64,000 nt of DNA from contig CDRNST010000067.1 of the NCBI GenBank assembly GCA_977016875.1, positions 2,852,001 to 2,916,000 on the forward strand. Reading direction: 5' to 3'. Of this stretch, positions 26,142 through 37,316 are shown piece by piece; within the stretch, counting starts at the first letter, position 1; each line of letters opens with the position of its first letter. The position numbers and the translations under genes were made by a program. Under the pieces are notes generated by a model. That model was not told the origin of the DNA and did not search any database. It worked only from the letters and a program-made list of their open reading frames with translations. Source of the stretch: Pavona decussata (Eukaryota).

Positions 26142-27509
26142 CCTCTTAAGAAGGTGAACTCAACAGTTTTCCACAAGTTGTAACTTTAACAATAGATAAG
26201 TTACAAGATGGTTCATCAAAGTAGTGTCAAACTTGTTTTAGCAATTCTTTAAATAGAGTTAGAGTTATCGGGTATATGGTATCATAATGGCAAATTGAAG
26301 CCAGGGAAAGTAATTTTTTTGATAGCGGGAAGTTCTGAGTGATCCAAGCTTGAGTTAAGGTGGATTTCCACTGACACGCAAATGTCTTACCTCGCCTGTA
26401 TTTTGTTTACACGCGTAAAATGTACCCAACCATAGAAAATGTCTACGTGCATATTACTTACATGTGTAACAATTTAAGCGGCAGTGGAAATCCATCTTTA
26501 GTAAGCTTCCACTGTACTTTATCGCACTTATTAAAACTTGGCAATGTTGTCATCAGGACAGGAGAAAGTTTTCTTGTTTCTATCTTTTTCTTTTATTTGG
26601 ATCTCATCTGCAAAGTTGGTGTCTGTAAAGTTGTAACTGTTTACAACTGTTTGCAAATGCCAGATCGTTTGATATAAAGGCCATACAATGATCGTCACTA
26701 CTTTCTTTTTTATTTCTACAGTTTTCTCAGCTCTTGTTATTTTTCCTGCTTCTCAGGTTCTCTTGACTTTAAAAAAGAAGCAAGGGAGGAAGGTGGCAGT
26801 GATTTACAACTCCATGGTCATTCCCAGGACTCCATTCATATTTCAAACATTGGGATGGAAATTTTGGGAATTAATTTAATTCCCAACTTGGGAATCGAGT
26901 AGATCCCAAATTTAAAATCAAAATCATAACCATGTGGTAAATTCCCAGTTCTGGGAATACAAAAACCCAAGATAGTCCCAAGTTTGGGTTCGTAATTAGG
27001 GAATTTCGTTGTAATTCCCAAACTGGGAATCTGGTATTTTTTCCTGTGCATGTATTGGTATTATCACGGTAATCTTCCAGCATATTTCATAAATTTTTTT
27101 ACCAAGAATGAAAGTATACATTCTTATAATACACGATCAGCGACAAAAATACATATTGAATTTAAAAGAACAAATTATGCAAAATTTTCTCTCAGGTGTA
27201 AAGGAGCAACTATGTGGAACAGTCTACCTGATGATATTAAGAACATTGATTCTTTTAATCGTTTTAAAAAAGGCTTAAAATTATATATTCAAAATCAGCC
27301 TTGTAAAGAAGAGTAGAACAAATATGGTTAATCAGTTAAATGAGACCTAGAATGTAATTAGTTTACTTGTAATTAGTCGGCCTTCTGTAATTAGTCTAAG
27401 TAAAATGTATTAATACTGCGGAGATCTTTTAAAAAGCTCATTAGAGCTTGCTGGATCTCCTGCCTTATGAGATATTATATGATTATAATGTATATGTAAA
27501 TATATCTGA

Positions 27510-27644
27510 NNNNNNNNNNNNNNNNNNNNNNNNNNNNNNNNNNNNNNNNNNNNNNNNNNNNNNNNNNNNNNNNNNNNNNNNNNNNNNNNNNNNNNNNNNN
27601 NNNNNNNNNNNNNNNNNNNNNNNNNNNNNNNNNNNNNNNNNNNN
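27510..27644. other. Assembly gap (N run)
   Basis: 135 N. Confidence 1.
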
Positions 27645-28237
27645 TATTTAGCCGGACAAAGAAAGGCACCAAGAGAAAGAAAGGTTGCCAAGGAATTTGC
27701 CCAGTATGCCACAACCAGGATAATTTTAGACTGCACTGAAATATTTATTCAGCGACCATCTGCTATGCTGGCCCAGTCAGAGACATGGTTAGATTATAAA
27801 CACCATAACACTTGGAAGTTGCTAGTTGGGGTAATACCCCAAATGGACAGGTCTCTTATTTGTCAGATCTCTGGGGCGGGCGTGTATCCGACAAGAACAT
27901 AACAGGAGAGAGTGGTGTCTTAGATTTGTTGCAAGTGGGTGATAATGTCATGATTGATCGTGGATTTGACATTTCTGCAATTGTACCTACTGGCGTTACA
28001 ATAAACATGCCACCATTTTTGGCTGGCCGTGATCAAATGACAGCAGCTGAAACTGAAGAGACTATGAGCATTGCTTCAGGGCGCATTCATGTGGAGCGTG
28101 CAATTGGCCGCATTAAAACTTACCACATTTTAGATGGTACTTTACCTAATACCTTGAGCCCCTATGCAACACAAATTGTAACTGTCTGTGGCTTTCTGAC
28201 AAACTTTTTACCCCCTTTACTACCACCACTGGTATAA
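27645..28237 (+). pseudogene. Harbinger/ISL2EU DDE transposase, C-terminal part
   Basis: IILDCTEIFIQRP, YKHHNT, WGGRVSDK, MIDRGF, RIHVERAIGRIK. Confidence 0.9.
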
Positions 28238-28721
28238 CCACTGGCACTGGTATAATTAGTGTATGCATGCATTCAGTAATTTTGGGCTGATAACAGGCAG
28301 TTTGCCCTGGCTAGCTAGGATGATTTTGATTTTTGAGCACATCAACTTGGGAGCAGATATGAAAGAAGTTGACATTTTGAACAACAGCAATAACAGCTCA
28401 TTTTGGTGATTAAAGGTTTGTTTACCTTTTTTGCATTTCAGAATTTTGGCAGAAGCCGAGCTATCAGTCTAGGCCTGCTTCCCGTAATCAGCCCCTTGGG
28501 TTCCATTAATTTTGTATCCCAAATAAAAGCACTTGCATGTCAACGCATGTTAATGACTATTGGGATTCCATATAGTAAGTTATCATGGAACCAAAAATTT
28601 CCACTTTATTTCATTTAAAAATGAAATTGTACATGTATTTTTTACACACAGTATTCGCTAGATTTATTTATTGTTCACCTTATGTTGACCTCTAAAGTTT
28701 TAACTTAAAACCATTTCTTGT

Positions 28722-30286
28722 TCATGAATAGTGTCCATATGGAAGCCAATCACCACGTAGGTAAAGGGCCTTCCCTCTCCTAACTCGTTTAGTTAGCATC
28801 TTAGGGAAAAAATCCCTTCGATAAAAATAATCAATCTTTGGCAACAATTCGTCAAACCATTTGCTGTTTTCAAAGTGGATTTTTTCAATAAACAGTGGCA
28901 TGTTTTCTCCAAAGTACACTACAAAAATTATTCCTTCAAGGGGTATAATGGAACAGCACAGCTGACCTTGAACTTGACAAAAGTAGTTGTGTTTTTTTTT
29001 TTAAGTTGTACAGACCCATCAGCCAGTTTCTCCAAAAACAAAATTCTTTGCTTTGCAAGCTTCATAAACAGTCATGCCAGCCTTGCTGAAAGGATATTTT
29101 ACTTCCATCCACCATTTTTTACAAGTGTCAATCATAGTTACTACTCTGTCTAAGCTCGCTCAAAGGTATGGTTTGTCTTTAGACAGTGACAATCCAGGTT
29201 CCTCCACACTCATTGCAATACCTTCCTTTCTCATTTCCCTTATGAATAAATCGACAGCTTTCTGTTCGCTTTCAATTCCATGCTGCACAGCTTCAGTTGT
29301 AAAGTTACTGTAGAGTATTGCCTTCAATTTATTTGAAGGGCTCCACTTTTGTTTTGGCAGCATTTCCAAAATTTGAGGCTGTCAATACAGTTTTCCTTTT
29401 TTCAAATCATAGGTTGTTCTTGGCTTGCCCCCTGGTCAACCTTTCAGTTTCCTGGATCTCCTCTAGAGTAATAGTTAGACTGGAAACATGCTCATCGATC
29501 ATACTTTTAAAACGATTAGTAGCTATGTCATAGCTGTCAGTAAAGGCAACACTTTCCTGTTCCTCTTCAGTCTCTTGAAGGGTGGGCACCTCAGAACAGT
29601 TCAATTTGATGTGATGAAAAAAAAAAATGAACAGGAAGGCAGACAGTTTTGAAGGCTCTCGTTTAACGTTTTGAACCTTCCTTCATTTCTGTTGCGCTGT
29701 TGCGGTGGTCTTGGGTCGAACTTTTTATAAGTTTCGGCTTAAGGCGGATGTTCTTCTTCCCAAATCTTATTTTTCGTATTAAGTTTTGATCAAGGGGCTT
29801 GGTTGCAATGCTCTGATTGCGTGGAACTACCCATACCAAAAGACGCGATGTGCTCAATAGTGGTTCAGGATGTTTTTGTAGACTCCGTCTTGTAAAGTCT
29901 TCCAAGGCAAACTGAACATCTCCGATATGATTGCACTTTCCCTTACCCTGTGAGCCAAGCCCGGCAGGACAGGTACAAGCTGCGGGTGATACATCACACT
30001 GAGATGTGAACGCCACAACCACTCGGTAAGGCAACTTTTTCATCCATGGCAAAACACTGGCTTTTACGTACGTCCTGTCCTCATGGGTTTTGCTTTCAAG
30101 CATTTTACGTTCCCAAAGAAAAATTGGTAAGATTTTAATTTCTTACAATCCCTTGAGCACAATGTGGCGGTACTTGCGCGTTGACACAACCAGGTAATCG
30201 TAAAGCTGAATAAAATTTAGTTTGGGAAGCTGACGCAAATCAGTGGACCATCTGAGAGCAGAGATTCGTCTTAAGAGAGAGTCCAT
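28722..30286 (-). pseudogene. SWIM zinc finger + YqaJ/lambda-exonuclease-like protein
   Basis: CTCPAG...KCNH, TRGQA..LW, TASNF, HGIESE, PGL..PYL, EVKY and YFCQVQGQL motifs across broken ORFs. Confidence 0.85.
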
Positions 30287-31488
30287 GTGAGGGCCAGGCA
30301 GGCGAGTCTACAGTGCACCTCGCCAATTTCCCTGATATTTGGCACAATTATGTGCTTTTACTAGTACATTAACCATATGCAACAGTTTTGCTCAATTGTC
30401 TATTGTTGTGCAGAAATGTCAATCAAAATGTCAGAAGGTGAGAAGTGCTCAAATTTGACCAAAAATATACACTGTGTTTGATCACCTGGTACAACCGTAA
30501 TATGCCAAGAGATAAAATGACATTTCAATGAGCGATACCTCTGGCCTTAAAAAAAAGAAAAATGTTGAGTAAGCTATTGCTTTTTATTTCGTTTAGCTAT
30601 GTGCTTGATTTAACTTCACCTTATTCAGTTCATATGTAAAAAGGAGGACCTCAAGAGTCCTTGTCTGTAGAGATGCGGCATCTCTTGGATTGAATTTAAA
30701 ATGATTTATAGATTGCTTAAGACATAGTGTTTCTACAGCAAAAATAAAAAGTCTGTAAAGTTTACTTGGAATAACAGTATTTGTAATGAATATATGTTGT
30801 TTATCTCTTATCAATATGCAAATGAGGTCAACATGAAAACCATGATCACTTGAAGTTTAAATGACTAAAACAGAATGCTGCTTTACAAAAGAAGCAAAAA
30901 TCACTTTTAAACACATTTTACGACCACAAATTGTTTAGCAGCTGGGAAACTAGCATAGAAAATTTGAACAAAGACAAGATAGGGTCATCCATACCAGCGG
31001 TAACCATCGTTCTGCCTGGCCTTAATCGCCGTAATCCGTAAGGTGGCATGCATGTGTTCCTTGACGCGAGCGTCACTCAGTCAAAGCATCTTTGCCCTGG
31101 AGATTGGTCGGTATATCCCTCTTGGTGTGCAAGCTTTACGTCTCTGTACTTCGAGCGCTATAGCAATATTGCCTAACAGATGTTATCGAATGTGTTCACG
31201 GCCTCACATCATAGAATAATTAACGGCTTGAATAAAACATGCTTGGTTTAGAATCATCGGTCTGGTCGCGTGTCAACTTTGTTCAGTTAAGCTCGCACAA
31301 TCTTCCACCGAAAGGAAATCTCAATGAAGCATTCACTTTTCTTTCCCCGATGGAAACCAGCGAAAATATCTCAATTGTTGTTTTGCACGAAGTACACCTG
31401 GGATAGACGATTGCGTGACAGTGTGACTTTTGACATCTGCAGGTGTAAGTTCGTTGCTTGTCTCAAATTTCAATCCCAGTGTGTCATA

Positions 31489-33066
31489 ATGGCTTCCTTT
31501 GAATGCTCGTTTAGAACCTATTCCAGGAACAAATGCGGTTTATCTGGCCGTTATAAAGTTCAGAAAGCCCTTGCACCATTAAAGACTTGTACAAAAGACA
31601 TCTCTGGTCATCTAGACGGTCTGTTATAAGACCTCATCGGAGGGTGTCGATGTGGAATGGAAACTTAGCCTACTAAGAATTGTATTATTTGTCGAAGAAG
31701 GAGATTCTTTTACTATTTGCCCCAGCCACAGAGATGAATTCGGGCTTGGATGGCGACCGAGCAAAGCGTGCAAATATCCAATGCACGACAGCAAGCAGAA
31801 GCCAACAAGAGGAGTGACAAGACGTATGTCGCAGGAAATCTACAGCAAGTATAATATCTTGTGTGAGACCGACCAAGGTTAGGAAAAACATGTTACTTTG
31901 GGTTTTCATTGTTGTTGTTATTGTTATTATTGTTATTGTCATTGCTATTATTATTATTATTATTATTATTATTGTAACATCCTAGACTATTTTGTATGGC
32001 TATTTTAGGTGTCATTATGAAATGTCTGGGAATTCATACAAAGGTCTTTACGTGCTCAAAGTTGCAGGTACTGCTGTTGCGTTCAGCAGGAACTCATGGA
32101 GATGGGTCGGCCACAGGGAGAGACAGGGGTGAACGTGATACTTCCGACTTGTGAACCAGATGAGACTATTGGGATACTAAAGAAAACATCCAAGCAGCCA
32201 TCTGATGAAACGCGTGTAGCTAGCGGACCTGGGACCCGTTTCTCAAAAGGCTCGGTAACTTATCAGGCCCGATAAGTGTCTGGTGTTTTTTTTTTTTTTA
32301 ACAGAAGTCAATTTTTGTTTGCATTGAATACTAAATTTTAAAATCTTATAATTCTATGAAAACATTGGCCAAGTCCCATGTCTGTAATCACTCTGTAACC
32401 GGCGATAAAATATTTCAAAATATAGTTATCGGGCTCGGTAAGTTACCAGGACTTTCGAGAAACGGGCCCCTGATCCTAGACCCACAGATGAAGAGGACGA
32501 TGACTTGTTTAACTGTCCTGAAGAGGGATGTATCAAAACTTTCAGGACCAACCACAACCTTTAACGACACCTTGACTTTGGGCGCAGTACGACCAAATTA
32601 GATGCAAATGGGCCCAGAATTGCATATCTTTGAAGTCCCAGATGCCTTCCTACCTTTTCACAGCAAGCTCGTCTTCTGAAGACATGGAAAACGAGGTAGT
32701 CATCGGATGGGTTCTAGCAAAAAAAAAAAACGGAGCAACAGGTTTTCTGAACGAGTGAAGAGCTTTCTCGTGGAGCAATTCATGATTGGCGAAGAAACCG
32801 GTCGAAAGGTCACCCCAGTGGAAGCTGCAACAACAATACGTTCACTTCGCGATGAAACTGGGAATCGAAAATTTGAAAAAGGAGAGTGGCTAACTCCCCA
32901 GCTAATTACAAGTTATTTCGCGAGATTAGCTGCGATGAAAAAAAAAATCGGCTATCTACCAGCAGCTATAGCATGTCTCGAAGAAGAAGATGTTGAAGCG
33001 GTGGTAGAGCGGTCTCATAGATACAATCTCCACCAAAGAATTAACAACAGACTTACCTCGTTTTAA
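31489..33066 (+). pseudogene. Sola3-like transposase remnant (N- and C-terminal parts, core deleted)
   Basis: ICPSHRDEFGLGWRPSKACKYP; CPEEGCIKTF..HLDFG; FMIGEETGRKV...EWLTPQLITSYFARL. Confidence 0.65.
32232..32469. mobile_element. Harbinger-type MITE
   Basis: TIR GG(A/G)CCCGTTTCTC(A/G)AAAG and 3-bp TSD CTG. Confidence 0.8.
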
Positions 33067-35486
33067 ATTCCTTTGCATGTTTAATTCATTATTCAGCGGT
33101 GCTTTCCTACAGTGAACACCGCAAAGGCAAAAGCTTATGTCGGTGTTTACACTGTTAACTGCCATTGACCCTCTGTTAGCAAAACCAAGTCAATTGCAAA
33201 GTATTACAACTGTACGTTCAAAACATAGTTCCTTAATTTAGAAAATTGTGGCAGGAATCGAAGACACGGAAGCGTTGAGTATACTAACCTGAGCTGAGTA
33301 TCAGACATTTCTTCAGTAAAAATTTTGCTGAATTGTGCAAGGCCGGGCATTTGAACCTTGTTGTTTTGTTTATTTATTTATTTATTTTTGTTTAAATGCG
33401 CCACTACAAGGGCATTTGTGAATAGTCAAGGGAGTGATTAAAGGTCTTCGAAAGTTTGTTAGATGGCCATTAAAACAATCAAAAGTCACATTTCAGTACG
33501 GTCAGATTATTGCAGTCAATCCTTCACCTATGACTGGCCTCCCCTCCCCACTCCTCCTTTTCCTCACATTGATAGGTGCATAAGGCACTGAGCACTAGTC
33601 CTTAACAACATGGCCGTGGCAAGAAATATTTCCCCCTGACTCATGCCGGGCCCTCGTTAATTTTACGAAAAAAGCGCATATGTGAGCCTCGCCGAATTCT
33701 TAGTTAAGATTCTAACTGTCATCCATACGGAATTGCTTCAAAACGGTTGAGATCCTGGCTTAAGTTTGTCATGAAGATAGGCTTGAAGCTGGTTTTCAAA
33801 CATGGCGAGTGACTTGTATCTCTGTTTCTCGCTGTAAGTCTGCTACAATTTTTAATTTTAAGTACTATAGTTAACATCTTTGGGTGTTTTGGGCATTAAA
33901 AGTTCTACTTGTGTTATTTCAGCCGTTTTTGCCTTCTAATCAGCCGTCTTGTTCACGTTGGCCATGAAACTCTTTGTACATTTTTACTTTGCATCACTCA
34001 CATATAGCACACTTTTGTCCCTCAAAATCTTGTCTGCAATTTAAACTTTACAATCTTTTTTTTACTTGTATTTATTATCCATGAGGAGTGTTATAAAATT
34101 ATGGCCAACTAATCGTTTAATATAACGCCGCATCGGTGATATAGAATCGTAATTTTTACCTAAACTCCTTATCGTCACAAATTACCAGAGGAGTCATATT
34201 TTCAAAGTATGTTTTCTAGTCACCCAGAACATTATTTAAAATTTTGCTTCTATCACTGATATGGCATTAGGTAATATTAATTGCATTTGTGTTTAGAGCC
34301 GAAAAGATGCAATGCTTTAAGAAACACTTAAGTTGAAAGATGAGTCTAAATTTGGCCATTTTTACCCAATTCGAACCATAAAAACGTTGACCTCGATATC
34401 ATCCACACGTTAAAGAACTTTTCCATATTACTCAACCTGTTTTTTCTTTACCTGAAAATGTAGCCCCATGCGAAATATATACAAAATCTGAGGGGGTCGA
34501 TGTAGACTCATATTTTAATATTGCCTGGTTTGTTGGTGGATCCTCTCTTAAAGTTTCATCGTACTTGAAGTCGCCACTACAGGGTGTCCCAAAAGTTCGT
34601 TCCTCTACTTTAAAAGCCTGCATTTAAACGCAATTTTACTCGATTACCGAATAATTTCAAATACAAGTTTGCAATATTATTACCTCACATTTGTGCTACT
34701 TTATTTCTAAAATGTTCAATTTATTTTTATTTTCCCGCCAAATTTGCGCGCACGCGTCTAATTTCCCGCCAAAACTGTGATCACTTTTTCAGCAGTTTTT
34801 TAGTTGAGCTGCTGCACTCATCAAACCATTTTTTGTTCTGGTATGGAAAATGAACCCTTTAAATGGTAAAAAGCTTACGTATTTGAGGGCCCAAGCTTAT
34901 GCACTAAGATTTAATGGATTCACAGTCAAAGAAATCGCTAAAAAGCTCGAAAAATCTGAGCGTTGGGTTGTGAAATGGTCAGCGAGGAGGGCCGAAAATT
35001 TCGAAGATAAACAACGAAGTGGAAGCCTAAAGGTAATCAGAGATGCAGCAATTCAAGTTTTGAATAAAGCTAAATACAAGAGAGGGAATTCGACAAGACA
35101 ACTTGCAAGAGAGCTCGAAAGAAAAAGCCTTCATGGGGGTAAAAACTCTCTCTGGAGGTACATGAAAAACCAAGGATGGAGGGCACTTGGACAGCCAAAC
35201 GTCACTTGGACGGTCAGACGCGCGGTTTAAACATCTCACTGCAGAAGATTGGAAGGATTTCCTATTTTTAGATGAATCCCCCAAATACCTCTTTCAACTT
35301 CCAAACCCCCAAAAATGACATCGTATGGGGTTCACAAGAGGACAAAGTTCTGCCAGCTTACCAAGTTAAGAACAGCTCAAAATGGATGATCTGGTGTGGG
35401 ATGACCAGACGTGGCTTGACTGCTCTTCATTTTGTACCCCAAGGGAGAACTGTAACTGCCGAATATTACATGGAAAACATTCTTAA

Positions 35487-37316
35487 GGTGGTACCGGAGG
35501 CTAAATCGGATCTTTCGGATCATGACCTTTCTTAAACATATGAGAGATTCCTTAAAATGGGACCTGCATGCCAAATTTCAGAGATCAAGACTGAAGCGTT
35601 CTCGAGTAATAAGCGAGAGAAGTTTGGTTTCTACGGGGTCTTTCGCGGAAAAAACACGGACTGCCTACTGAGAAAATCTTTGTGTTGTGTTCATATACAA
35701 TTCTCTAAAGAGCTCGATGTTGAGAGATCTGTCAATATGCTCTCCTTTACGTGAAAGATGAGACCGTTCTGGATCTCTAGATGGATGCAATAAAATTATT
35801 GTCTTCGCTAAAGACATCATCTTCTGCGATCAACTTAGTGGTGACAATAAAGGAAATGAAAACATGGACGCTATTGAGGCCGAGAATTTCCTAAAAACCG
35901 GTAATTTGAAAATCTTAGCAGTCTATTACGTGATTAATATTGTTTGTAGTGATATCGCAATTCGCTTCTTGGCGCAATAATTTTACGCATAAACACTATT
36001 TCTTATTTTCACCACTTAGCCAACTACCTAGCAGCACACGCTATTCCAATATTTTTTTTTCAGGTTTGCTGGAATGCCGAACGGGTACGGGTCGCGTCGC
36101 GTAATCCAATGAACGGCGATTTAGACTGCAAGCAGTCGTACTTTTCCCCCTCATATCACGCACAAAAAGTGACAGTTTAATTATGTGGCTTCGTCGCTCG
36201 CTAGATCCATCATGCGCTAGATGCGTGCTCCAAAAATTAGGAGAAGACAGAGACTGCTCGCAGTCTAATGGCGATCCTGAAGCCAGGAGAAAACAGGAGA
36301 GAAATGCATGATTCTCCAGCTGGCTTCCCCCAACTTATCAAAATCTAGCCCTATCCTCGACTGTGATCCTGAACCACAAGCTTCATAACCCTTTTGGACT
36401 TCTCCTTCATCGTGTGTAACCACTTTCTCGGGGGCATCACTTCTTTTCCCTTTTTTTAGATGTATATCTCCTCTAAAACTAGCGTCTTTGATCACGCGTG
36501 TTTGTTTGTTTGTTTGATTCAACGCCGTCACACTGCTGGAGTTCTGTTGCGGGTGCCATTCCTATGCAGAGGTGTCATTGTTTATGATCACCTCTCCTGA
36601 TTGGTTTCACGGGAAAAATAGCACCCCGTAAAAGGAAAGAAAGGGCCTAAAAAGGACCGTTTTTGATGATTTACCGCTGTTAACTGTTATTACAGGCGTA
36701 AAAAAAACATGGCTGCCATTGAATCCAAGCCGACGGAAGCTTTCAAGCTGATTTTTTGACGATTCCACCGCAATTTTTGACAAAAAAATGCATGTTGATT
36801 GAAAGGTGGGAGCGCGTTCATTTAAAATTACTTTCGAAGGCTTATCAGAACGGCTTGAAACTTGGCAGCCATAAAATACGTACTTGAACGAACATTTTTG
36901 TCGAAGTGCGTCTAATTTCTTCAAATACAAGACTCGTAGTGGCGTCACATTTTTTATGAGATTGAATAATTACATTTGTAGACATAATTTTTGTCTGTTT
37001 GAGTTTTCTCTGACGCACTCTGACACGATGCTTGGTCTTAACATTACACATCAATTGGCCAATGCTTTTTGAAATGCAGGACATTTTCTTTGAGTTTTAT
37101 AGAGATATGCCAAATGGCAAGGTTTCGACCACGCTCATTAACAGATCAAATTTCAGGAATTCCTTTCATTCTTTTGGAAAAAGAATATTTTTTACTAAAA
37201 CTACATGCAATAACATGTTAGATGTGAAAATTAGATGAAGTTTAAGTGATTTTTTCAACAGATTTTATGCATGTAGATATGTGATGAAAACGTGCAAATT
37301 AGCCTCCAGTACCACC
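35487..37316. mobile_element. Non-autonomous Kolobok-like DNA transposon
   Basis: TIR GGTGGTAC(C/T)GGAGGCTAA and TTAA TSD. The Tc1 frame (ENILK|K) resumes after it. Confidence 0.78.
36121..36267. mobile_element. Short MITE
   Basis: tagactgcaagcagtc / gactgctcgcagtcta ends; probable 8-bp TSD acggcgat / atggcgat. Confidence 0.65.

Larger units (their letters stand above)
11831..27048 (+). mobile_element. CACTA/EnSpm (CMC)-like DNA transposon, 15.2 kb with nested insertions and cargo genes
   Basis: 36-bp TIR CACAGGAAAAAATACCAGATTCCCAGTTTGGGAATT at both ends and 3-bp TSD CAT (removal restores LINE ILMYW). Many TTCCCA/TGGGAA subterminal repeats; internal EnSpm-type transposase. Confidence 0.9.
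3361..27509 (+). mobile_element. CR1/L2-group LINE ORF2 (APE endonuclease + RT), split by three internal insertions
   Basis: Pieces 3361-3382, 4356-5280, 9933-11830 and 27052-27316 join collinearly: LDPDNNYY, GGGVG, VYRPP, LIDNIF/SDHLP, FLDL..AFDTV, GVPEGSVLG, FADDT, HSYNTR...WNSLP. The frame is restored across the TSDs. Confidence 0.9.
27645..30319. mobile_element. ISL2EU/IS4EU (PIF/Harbinger-related) transposon; left end lost in gap, right end approximate
   Basis: Convergent DDE_Tnp_4-type transposase and SWIM + YqaJ exonuclease genes. Confidence 0.82.

Noticed and set aside
27410-27736. ORFs spanning the N run
   Set aside because: Gap artefacts; adjacency across the gap is unverified.
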